Positions 30,259-39,900 of a DNA stretch of 64,000 bases are shown one piece after another. The DNA is from Euryarchaeota archaeon UBA62. Its GTDB lineage: Archaea > Thermoplasmatota > Poseidoniia > Poseidoniales > Thalassarchaeaceae. Under the pieces are notes generated by a model, which was given only the letters and a program-made list of their open reading frames with translations, made no database searches and was not told the DNA's origin. The translations under genes and the position numbers were made by a program. The stretch lies in assembly GCA_002502095.1 (NCBI GenBank), contig DAPJ01000005.1, positions 15,763-79,762 on the forward strand, given 5' to 3'. The first letter of the stretch is position 1; each line of letters begins with the position of its first letter.

Positions 30259-32369
30259 ATCTCCAAGTCAAAGTCAGAAGGGATTTGATTATCACTGATA
30301 TTTTCTTCAGAAACCAAGTCTTTATCATCAATATCTAAGATTATATTGTCAGGATGAAGAATATCCTGTTCATCGAGTATATCGGCTATTCTCAGGGCCT
30401 CTTCCATGTCGGAATCCTCCTTGGAACGATCTAATAAATCACTAGCTTCGTTAACTATTTTCCCATCGACCGAATTAAAAACCTCGCTCTCAGGCCTACC
30501 TTCTTCACCAAAGAAATCTTTCTCAAACTCCTCAATATTGATCTTAGGACTTTCAATAATCTCTGCAACTGGGGAACTCTTTCTCACAAATTTTGAAATC
30601 CAATCATCGTCTTCTGGGATATTTTGTTCTTTCTCCCGGGGATTGCCTATTTTCAACGCCCATATAACGCCAAACATTCCCACAACTACTACAGCCATTA
30701 TCATGATAGGCTCTAACCAAGTGTTAATGAGAGGGACAATCCAATTTTCCTCAAGAGCTTGCTCCTCATTCTCTGGCAGGGACTCTCCCTGAATAATTAC
30801 TGGAATGGAATCAATAAAAAATATGCTAGGCTGTAAGAAAGACCTCGTCTCTAAGGTAAGGTTTGCCATAGTTTCAGTCGGAGCCGATTCAGGAACTTGC
30901 ATCCATCCGATAATATCCACTGAATCGTTTCTACTTACAGGATATATCTCCAAATATCTACTTGACTCAGAGACAATAATAGAGGAGAATGAATCTGAAA
31001 TTGTAATTCCAAAATCTGTCATAACGCTTGAATCAATAGATGCAGTAAACCCATCAACTCCGTTGCCGAGGTTAGTCATCGTCCATATGGCTGTCAAGTT
31101 TTTATCCTCGTTTAATTGATATGACATTTCCATTTCCCATGAGTATATGGTTCCAGAATTGAGATTAAAATCGACATAACCAGGGGACCAATCATCAATC
31201 ATCAGACGGATGGTAACTTCTGCAAATAAGTCAGAGTAAGCACCCTCATTAACACTGCATGAAATGGTCATGGCTTCTGATGAAGACCCCGGCTGAAGGG
31301 AAAATATATCATTTCGATAATCTACAGTTGCCCAATCTGGAAGATCAATAACATCCAGACTAAACTGTGAATCACCATCCCCCGTGTTTGTAACAACAAC
31401 CTCCATTTCACAATAGCCCCCGGGAAGTACTTCTACCATGGTACAACCATCCTCTGATATCGATATGGTACCGCCAATTCTGGGTACTATGTTTACGATA
31501 TGAGATACCGAGGAAACACTCTCTGGCGAAGCAGGACTAGAAACCCGTATTTCAAAATCTAAAGCGCCATCAACATCTCCCGGAGAGAATATTTGGACCA
31601 TGACAACTCCCGTTGAGTTAGGGTAGAGGTCTGAGACCCTCCAGCTCTCGATTATCGAAGCACTCCAGTTTTCTATCTCGAAGTAGTCTCCAGGAACTGT
31701 AATCATACTCCCGTTCTCGTCCAAGGCTACAATCTCAACATCAAGACTCCTAATGCTATTTCCAGTATTTCTGACGATCGTTTCTAGTGTTAGGACCCCT
31801 CCAGGTACTATCGAAGATAATCCTCCGCCCTGAACAATCTCAACGCCCTCATAATAGCCATACCTCATCGAGAAGTTATACCAGTCAAGTACCTCTCCTT
31901 GGTCTGATACTATCGACATACTCACCACGTGTAGAGAATTTGACAGCGGAAGGCCTTCAAAAACCGACGGAGAAGTAATCGAGAATTGGACCCAGTAAAT
32001 CTGATCAGGCGATACAGCATATTCTCGACCAGCTTCAGGAGTATCTTGTGAATCCCAAGATATATTCCATCCAGAAGGTCCGTCAATCGATATAATGACA
32101 TTTGATTCAATTTCCAAATTACTACTGAAATTAACATTTATGCCGATACTTGAACCCGGATCGATTCCAAAAATTGAACCCGAATCAGATCCAAAAGAAA
32201 CCCCTTGATTAATTTCAGAAGAAGATATTTTTTTATCATCCAGTTGAACAATATCTTGCGGTGCTGATGTGCAGGTAACGAGTAACATTAGAATTGCAAG
32301 TACTCCCAATCGCACATTCACGAGCTTGCTAGTAAGGGGCCACATATTACTTGTGCCCGAAGAATTCAC
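30255..32369 (-). CDS. Membrane-anchored surface protein with Ig-like (COG1470-like) repeats
   Basis: Signal peptide, repeated 'N(T/L)G(N/D)' Ig-like motifs, C-terminal TM and acidic tail. Start uncertain. Confidence 0.7.
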   Translation of the reverse strand: MNSSGTSNMWPLTSKLVNVRLGVLAILMLLVTCTSAPQDIVQLDDKKISSSEINQGVSFGSDSGSIFGIDPGSSIGINVNFSSNLEIESNVIISIDGPSGWNISWDSQDTPEAGREYAVSPDQIYWVQFSITSPSVFEGLPLSNSLHVVSMSIVSDQGEVLDWYNFSMRYGYYEGVEIVQGGGLSSIVPGGVLTLETIVRNTGNSIRSLDVEIVALDENGSMITVPGDYFEIENWSASIIESWRVSDLYPNSTGVVMVQIFSPGDVDGALDFEIRVSSPASPESVSSVSHIVNIVPRIGGTISISEDGCTMVEVLPGGYCEMEVVVTNTGDGDSQFSLDVIDLPDWATVDYRNDIFSLQPGSSSEAMTISCSVNEGAYSDLFAEVTIRLMIDDWSPGYVDFNLNSGTIYSWEMEMSYQLNEDKNLTAIWTMTNLGNGVDGFTASIDSSVMTDFGITISDSFSSIIVSESSRYLEIYPVSRNDSVDIIGWMQVPESAPTETMANLTLETRSFLQPSIFFIDSIPVIIQGESLPENEEQALEENWIVPLINTWLEPIMIMAVVVVGMFGVIWALKIGNPREKEQNIPEDDDWISKFVRKSSPVAEIIESPKINIEEFEKDFFGEEGRPESEVFNSVDGKIVNEASDLLDRSKEDSDMEEALRIADILDEQDILHPDNIILDIDDKDLVSEENISDNQIPSDFDLEI

Positions 32370-32394
32370 AGAATACGGGCCATCATATTCTCGG

Positions 32395-34149
32395 CTAGTG
32401 GACAGGGTCCTTTACAATCTTCGAAATTACATCAATATCAAATTCGCCAGCGTGGATGGGCGTCCTCAAGCCGAATGAACTCATTACTTCTGGCGAAACC
32501 TCACCGAACTCTCCAATTTCATGATTTTCGATAAGTACTCTCGCACCTCTGCCATCAATCCAAGGACCCCTACCTTCTGCTACAGGCTCAAAGGAAATTG
32601 AAGGAGTCGGGGCGCCTAGGTCCCTCAAAAGTGACTGAACTATTCCTTTGGCTGTTGAGAATCCCGCTCCCGATTCAGCGCAAGCCCAAGAAACTCTTGT
32701 TTTGTTGACCCCTCCATGAACGACCTCCCCAAGTTCGTAAACCCTCTGAGGGAGCTCATGATGTCTATTTGATGCTAGCAGATTCATTAATGATGGGAAT
32801 ATATACTGCCTGAGTACTGTATGATCAACTGTAATTGGATTAGAAATCACTGTGGCTTCTGATATTATGGGCCACCTAGTCTTCTTGAATTGATCCCCCT
32901 CATTAGAAAGAGTCAGACTCTGAATCTCTTGAAGGCCGACCGACCTCATACTCATCCTTATCCTCCTGTGCAGATTGGACGATTTTAGTGGCGAAGCATC
33001 GATATGTACTGAAGATAAAATATCTGGCAGATTTTCATATCCAATTCCTATTGCTATATCTTCTACAATATCAACAGGATGCATAATATCACTGCGCCAT
33101 CTAGGCATGGAGAATACATGCTCTCTTTCTCCCACCACGCAGTCGGACCATCTTTCCGCCCTCTCTGAACCATGGGTGATGGTCCTAGATTCCAGTAATA
33201 TTCCTCCCATTCTTTGAATCGCTCCGCCAATTTCAGAATCACTGAGCTCCATGCCGAGTATTTTCTCAATGAGTCTGTTCGGGACCCTGTAGGTTTTAGC
33301 CCCAAAGTTTGGGGTCACCTTTACTGAACCATCTTTATCCTGTACCTCTACACTTTCGACTACACCTCCCAATTCTGATAAGGATAATGAAACTAATAGG
33401 AGGCAGGTTTCACACGCTATTTCATCAAAACCTGTTACGTCAATGAAGAAATCATTAGTATCTTCACTAACAGTTGTATGATTTCCATTGATGATAGGGG
33501 GGAGCGAAATGACCTCATTATTGGAATCGAGGATTATCGGATATGCGTCCAAGCCATCCATAAGTTTCGAGTATTCAATTCCTTTTGGATGGCTATCCAG
33601 GATTTCAGAGACGCTCATAACATCCTCGGAGGCTAGTGGCTGGAAGGAAAAGTCACTTGAAACGGTCTCATATCTGAATGGATGCTTTAGCTTGGATAAA
33701 TCATGAACTCCAATGGATGCAAGCGACCTCTTCCTCCCCAAGGTCATGTGTAGCTTCTCTTGGTGATCCATAAGGGACTGGATGAAAGAGTCCCTCTCAG
33801 AAGCACTGTTACCGGTATTTACTCCCCTAACTATGGCCCCCATTATTATTGGCCTCACACCCTCTAAATCCCCCTCCACAGTTATTCTGACGCCGCTGTC
33901 GGAGACCTCTACCGGGGATACTTCTGTATCGCCGTCCTGAAATGACCTAACTGCTTTAGCCATGGTTTCATGACTGAGTAGATCCGGACGATCAGGAAAT
34001 ACCTCGATTTCAATATCATCATCATCATTTAATTCGACCGGACAACCCATCTTGGGCAGCAAATCTGACAAATCATTTTTATTATGAATCGCCCCATTGA
34101 TTTCTTGAATCCTCCTCATCATGGAATGACTCAAAGTAATTGTCGGCAT
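32395..34149 (-). CDS. pheT: Phenylalanine--tRNA ligase beta subunit
   Basis: PDRPDLLS, QEKLH, LPPIING, RSDIMHPVDIVEDIAI. Confidence 0.95.
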   Translation of the reverse strand: MPTITLSHSMMRRIQEINGAIHNKNDLSDLLPKMGCPVELNDDDDIEIEVFPDRPDLLSHETMAKAVRSFQDGDTEVSPVEVSDSGVRITVEGDLEGVRPIIMGAIVRGVNTGNSASERDSFIQSLMDHQEKLHMTLGRKRSLASIGVHDLSKLKHPFRYETVSSDFSFQPLASEDVMSVSEILDSHPKGIEYSKLMDGLDAYPIILDSNNEVISLPPIINGNHTTVSEDTNDFFIDVTGFDEIACETCLLLVSLSLSELGGVVESVEVQDKDGSVKVTPNFGAKTYRVPNRLIEKILGMELSDSEIGGAIQRMGGILLESRTITHGSERAERWSDCVVGEREHVFSMPRWRSDIMHPVDIVEDIAIGIGYENLPDILSSVHIDASPLKSSNLHRRIRMSMRSVGLQEIQSLTLSNEGDQFKKTRWPIISEATVISNPITVDHTVLRQYIFPSLMNLLASNRHHELPQRVYELGEVVHGGVNKTRVSWACAESGAGFSTAKGIVQSLLRDLGAPTPSISFEPVAEGRGPWIDGRGARVLIENHEIGEFGEVSPEVMSSFGLRTPIHAGEFDIDVISKIVKDPVH

Positions 34150-34158
34150 TATAGAACC

Positions 34159-35706
34159 TCAGTTTCCTAACCACATCGGAAGAGGCCTTTCAAAACCAAT
34201 TAGCCTGAGTCCACTGATTGCCGCAGTCTCCATATCCTTGGCTCTTAATATTCGCCTACCGACATTGTGAAAATTTGATAATCCTGCTTCTTTCATTATT
34301 CCTACAATCTCGGGAATGATAGTTTCTGAAATATCTGAAATTTCGTTCCCCTCATCAATAGGGCCAACGACGAACGAGCATCCAGAAGCTCTGACGATGA
34401 TCAAATCTTCTGCAGAGGGTTGCTTCTCAAGCTCTATGCCTATTATTCTTCCCTGGGTATCCAACCCCATTGCTCTCGAGGCTAATCCAATCCTTGGTAA
34501 TGCCGCGGCTGCTCTTCCTCCTCCAGGAGTTGCCAAGGAGACTATGGCGCCATCTAAATCGAGATCAACTACCAACCTGAAAAGCCCCTCTATCCTATCA
34601 GCCCCATCTCTAAGGAGGATTAGTGATGAGCTACTCAAATGACTCGACAATGAGACCAAAATAGCCTCAATCTCAGCATCATTCATAGGTGGTAAACTCT
34701 GTAAATCTAGAATAATTCCAGAAATCTCTCCGGCATTGTCTGGAAATTCTGCAAGCCCCCCCTCGCCTACTATCAATAGATCGCCCTTTTTCGGTCCCGC
34801 ATCAACAATACTTGGAATTCTAATCTGCCCATCCGGATAAGTAAAGCCACGGGGCGACCTAATAATCCAAGGGACTGGCAATTCCAAAACCCCCTCATCA
34901 GAACCAACTGGAATTATGCTGATGGATGTATCAATTATTGAGTAATCAGGAATTCTATCCGAACTGGATGGACTAATCCCTATTCCATCGAAGCCTTCGG
35001 ATACCCATCTCTTGGGTGTGATACCCCTAATCGAAGACTCCTTGTCTGGAACCAAAACTAATGCATCCTCCTCAAGGGAAAGACCGAGCGGCTCTAGGAA
35101 CTCTTCCAGCTCAATGACTTCTTTATCTGTTATTGATCTCATCGTTGAACCCTTTCCAGGCGGTGGACAACTACCTGCAATAATCACTCTACCTCCCTTC
35201 ATCCCTAAACCTGGATCGGGTCCAACGGAACCCATGACAATCAAAGTTCCCCCTAACATTCCCGATCCAGCACCAGACGAGGCTTGTCCTCTGACTACTA
35301 CTATACCATCATTCATCCCCGCACAGGCATCCTTACCAGCAGAGCCCATAACAGTCACACTTCCCCCATTCATATTCATTGCCAGCCTGTCTCCAACATC
35401 CCTCTCCACGACAACTCTGCCATCAGATTGAAAGGCGGCCAGCATAGACTCGCAACTCCCCTCAATATTCAGCGTACCTCCTCTATTCATCGCTCCAACG
35501 CACTCTCCTAAGTTACCAAGAAGTAGTACCCTAGATCCCTTGGGAAGATGAGTAAGAACGCCGAAGTCACCATCTCTAGGCTTGGTGTCTCCACCGGATC
35601 CATAGCCGATTTTTACCAAGCGATCTTTGTCCATAGCCTCAGGCAACATCCTAGCGATTTCTCTATTGAGTTTGACACTCCTTGCGGTCTGTTCCCTCAT
35701 CGCCAT
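34159..35706 (-). CDS. Glutamate synthase-related protein: tandem GXGXG beta-helix plus degenerate FMN-barrel-like C-terminus
   Basis: Repeated 'G..M.GG...V.G' motifs. C-terminal 'LRAKDMETAAISGL' resembles the end of archaeal GltB domain 2. Confidence 0.7.
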   Translation of the reverse strand: MAMREQTARSVKLNREIARMLPEAMDKDRLVKIGYGSGGDTKPRDGDFGVLTHLPKGSRVLLLGNLGECVGAMNRGGTLNIEGSCESMLAAFQSDGRVVVERDVGDRLAMNMNGGSVTVMGSAGKDACAGMNDGIVVVRGQASSGAGSGMLGGTLIVMGSVGPDPGLGMKGGRVIIAGSCPPPGKGSTMRSITDKEVIELEEFLEPLGLSLEEDALVLVPDKESSIRGITPKRWVSEGFDGIGISPSSSDRIPDYSIIDTSISIIPVGSDEGVLELPVPWIIRSPRGFTYPDGQIRIPSIVDAGPKKGDLLIVGEGGLAEFPDNAGEISGIILDLQSLPPMNDAEIEAILVSLSSHLSSSSLILLRDGADRIEGLFRLVVDLDLDGAIVSLATPGGGRAAAALPRIGLASRAMGLDTQGRIIGIELEKQPSAEDLIIVRASGCSFVVGPIDEGNEISDISETIIPEIVGIMKEAGLSNFHNVGRRILRAKDMETAAISGLRLIGFERPLPMWLGN

Positions 35707-35830
35707 AGTACTCCGAGTCTAGCCAATGGTCTTCATTGTGACGGATATTTTTCATTTGCTGATAAATAATAGCTTCATTGAGTTATCTTGATAGAGCATC
35801 GACTAGAGGATATATTGTTCAGGGGTTAGT

Positions 35831-36871
35831 ATGGCACGAGTGAAAGTAGCTATTAATGGGTATGGGACAATTGGAAAGAGAGTTGCGGATGCAATAGACG
35901 CACAGGATGATATGGAGATCGTGGGCGTTACCAAGACAGGCCCAAGCTTCGGTTGTGAGATGGCAGCTAAGAAGGGATTTGACCTCTATTGCACATCTGA
36001 TGACAAAGATATGATTTCTAGCTTCGAGAACTCTCGTTTTGTTTGCAAAGGTGGACTCAAAGACTTACTTTCCAAATCAGATGTAGTCATTGATTGCTCT
36101 CCGGGAAAAATGGGTGCGGTCAATCTCAAAAAGTACCAAGAGGCTGGAGTAAAGAGTATATTTCAAGGAGGTGAGAAACACTCACTGACCGGACTTTCTT
36201 ACACATCTTGCGCAAATCATTTGGAAAATTTTGGAGCAGAAACAACAAGAGTTGTTTCTTGTAATACCACGGGACTCTCTAGAACATTGGTGCCATTGTA
36301 TGACCTGTGTGGCTCTCTGAAAGTAGAATGTACAATGATCAGAAGGGCGGCGGATCCAGGTGACTCGAATAAAGGCCCTATAAACGCTATAAAACCGGTT
36401 TTGAAGGTACCTAGCCATCACGGCCCAGACGTGATGACAGTAAAGCCAGAAATTGAGATCAATTCACTCGCAGTAGCGGTACCAACAACGATAATGCATG
36501 TCCATGCAATCATTGCCGATCTTCCGGAGAATCACGGCCTCACCACTCAAACAATTCTGGATATATGGAACGAAACTCCGAGAGTTATCGTGATGAACGG
36601 CCAGGGCAATAGGATCACCACTACTGCCGAGGTAATGGAGATGGCCAGAGATATTGGGAGAAAATGGGGAGATTTGCATGAAATTTTTGTCTGGGAGGAT
36701 GGAGTTAGACTAATAGGAAATAGGCTGTATTATTTCCAAGCTATCCACCAAGAGAGTGATGTGATCCCTGAGAACGTAGACTGTGTAAGGGCTCTAATGA
36801 AACTTGAGGAAAGCTGGACCGAAAGTGTCACGAAGACAGACCAAGCAATATCCAGATATTACAATATTTGA
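35831..36871 (+). CDS. gap: Type II (archaeal) glyceraldehyde-3-phosphate dehydrogenase
   Basis: VAINGYGTIGKRVADA, RVVSCNTTGL, QAIHQESDVIPENVD. Confidence 0.96.
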   Translation: MARVKVAINGYGTIGKRVADAIDAQDDMEIVGVTKTGPSFGCEMAAKKGFDLYCTSDDKDMISSFENSRFVCKGGLKDLLSKSDVVIDCSPGKMGAVNLKKYQEAGVKSIFQGGEKHSLTGLSYTSCANHLENFGAETTRVVSCNTTGLSRTLVPLYDLCGSLKVECTMIRRAADPGDSNKGPINAIKPVLKVPSHHGPDVMTVKPEIEINSLAVAVPTTIMHVHAIIADLPENHGLTTQTILDIWNETPRVIVMNGQGNRITTTAEVMEMARDIGRKWGDLHEIFVWEDGVRLIGNRLYYFQAIHQESDVIPENVDCVRALMKLEESWTESVTKTDQAISRYYNI

Positions 36872-36890
36872 GCTTTTTCACGGCTTTTTA
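36872..36890 (+). terminator. Putative oligo-T terminator after gap
   Basis: Two T5 tracts (gctttttcacggcttttta) directly after the stop codon. Confidence 0.4.
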
Positions 36891-36965
36891 CTCGTTATTG
36901 GTTATGATTATTCTATAATCAGCTTAGGTTAACTGTCAAAAGGCTGATTAGGTTCCGAAGGAACC

Positions 36966-39900
36966 ATGTATGCAAGGAAATCAACTTTCCTTGTCCTTAC
37001 TGTTTTGTTATTTTCTTCATGGTCGGGAATGGTTTCCGCCTCTCCTCAAGGTACAGATTCGATACATTCTCAGGATCTCGATAATTATCATTTTGAGAAA
37101 TGGGCCTCTCTGGAATTTGCCTCAGAGCACGTACACCAAATCAGGCAAACTTCAGGCCTAATACACTCGCCGTATGGGTCATTTGATCCATTGATGGATG
37201 ACTACCCAATCTTTGGAGAATTAGATACCGGCGATTACAGTTACTCAGATAGGCCAGTCTTTGTGATTCAATCTGATAGCTCTGACATTTCGGGAATATC
37301 ATATTCAGTGGAAGAGGTAGGGGGCGCAATACTCGACTATATGCCCGATAGCGCGCTTCTTGTGAGGCTTCCCCTACACGTTAATGCTGATAATTTCTTA
37401 GACTCTTTAGCCAATGTAAGGTGGTCCGGGCAAATGCCTGATATCTGGAGGGTATCTCCTGAAATCCTAAGTAACATAAATCTCCCTTCATCACAATTAA
37501 ATCTTCAGATTTTACCTGCTAATGACTTAACTATTGAAGAGCTGACCTCCCTAGAGAGGGACCTATCCCTGATTTCCAATTATGATCAATCAACTAATTG
37601 TGACTCGTGGCTGTGTACGATAGAAAGTATTGATTCAATGTGGATTCCTCTCTTATCCAAAGACTGGAGGATTCTGCATATCCAAACCACAAGCACTGCA
37701 TCGGTATACAATAGCGTGGCTAGAGAAATTTCTGGCGTACAAGGTGCATATGAGCAATCATCGATACCTCTGGATGGAACAGGTGAGGTCATCGCTATTT
37801 CGGACACTGGCCTAGACGAAGATCATGGAGATTTCGATGGAAGAATAAGATCAGTATACAGCCAATTTGGGCCAGATAATGATAACTCGGACCTACTTAG
37901 TGGCCACGGAACCCACGTAGCCGCAACGCTCCTAGGAGACGGCTCAGGACAATCATCCGCACTTGGTATGGCTCCTGGAGCAACATTTCACATGTACACT
38001 CACGAGTCTCAAAGTGGCTTCTTCGGTATTTACGGCTCATTGTATGGCCTATTTACACACTCATGGAATCAGAATGCTAGGATACATACCAATAGCTGGG
38101 GCACATCAAACTTAGGTAATTATAGCCAGACATCTTCTAATGTAGATGATTTCGTAAGCGACTATCCGGGCTATATGGTCCTATTTTCAGCTGGCGATAT
38201 TGGTAATACTAATGATACTGGTATCACCCCTCCTGGTACCTCTAAGAATGCTCTAACAGTGGGTGCATCAACAACTGGTTCTTATGGTTCAGAGCCTTCG
38301 GGAAGCGTAGTTTCTTTCTCATCACAAGGATTGACCAATGATGGCAGAATAAAGCCAGAAATTGTTGCACCCGGAGTCCTCATTTGCTCAGCTAGAGCTG
38401 AGGAAGCAACTCTGGTCGATGGACAATCATGCTCCGAATTAACTCACGACGATGGTACTACACCACTCTATGTCGCAATGAATGGGACCTCTATGGCAAC
38501 ACCTGTGGTTGCGGGGGCATCCGCGCTCGTCCGACAGTTTCTGAGGTCTGAAGGAATCAGTGAGCCCAGGTCCGACCTGATTAGGGCAATTCTAATCAAT
38601 GGGGCTGTAGATATCGGAGATAGTAATGTTCCCAACCCCTCTGAGGGATGGGGACAACTCTCACTCGACAACAGCCTCTTTCCAGTCTCAGAAAATGGAG
38701 TGGAAATGGACGTGATGTATGATTATTCAAGAGAGCTTTTTCCAGGTCATGGATTCACCTACACATTCGATGTAAGTCCAGGTGCAGGACTAGATGCTAC
38801 TCTGGCTTGGAACGATCTAAAGGGGTCATCAGTCGCAAATCAATCAGCCTCTCGTTTAGTTAATGATCTCGATCTTTCTGTTACTGCTCCCGATGGGACA
38901 ATTTACCTTGGAAATGAATTCATTTCCGGATTCAGTGTATCTGGCAACTCCATAGATTCCCTGAACAATCTTGAAAGGGTAAAAATTCAGGATGCCTCGC
39001 CCGGTACTTGGACAGTTAGAGTAGGAAACTCAGGAGGGGATACACAGGGCTATTCTCTGGTATTATCTGCTATAGCGAGTGAGATTAGTGAGGCGGATCT
39101 AACTGTTTTCGAAGGTTCTATATCTACTTCAGTGGAGAATCCTTTGCAAGGCGACACTATTCTAATTGAGGCCGCATGGGGAAACCAAGCTACCGCTACT
39201 GCATTAGAATATGATGTGGAAATCCACGATATGACCACTGGGAACTTATTGCATACCTCAAGACGCTCGTCAATTGCAGGAGGCGGACTTGATTCACTCT
39301 CATTCCCCTACTCATTCTCATCAACAGGTGAGCACATACTCAGACTCTCCCTCGACTCATCTTCGGAGGTATTCGAGTTGAATGACGAGGCCAATGGCAT
39401 TAACAATAACATAGCCGAAATGATCGTACAGGTTTCTCAGATAGGAGTGAGAATTACTCCTCTTTTAGAAAGTGGAAATCTGCCATCCAATCCGCTGGAA
39501 TTTGAAGATTCAAGAACTAGAGGTATGAATCCGAGGGAGACCAACTCTGTATACTTCCCTCTCGAACTTAGAAATGAAGGAACTTCAACTATATCCGTCC
39601 AACTCAGCGTTTCTCCTGTAAATATAGTTTCAGAGAATGGGGTATTGCAACCACCATCAGATGAATGGTGGAAAATCCTCAATCAGACAGGACCATGGGA
39701 ACTAGGGCCGATGGGAAGCGAGGGCGATAGGATAGTGGTCGAGCTAAATCTCACCGCTCATCCACGATCCACTTCTTCATCCCTTCCAGGCGAGGTTTAT
39801 GCTCTCCCAGGTACGTTTGTAACCGATTTGAATCTGTTCGATGTAAACGCCCCCACCGTGAATAACGTAATCAGACTCGAAGCAGAGGTAGACAGAATCG

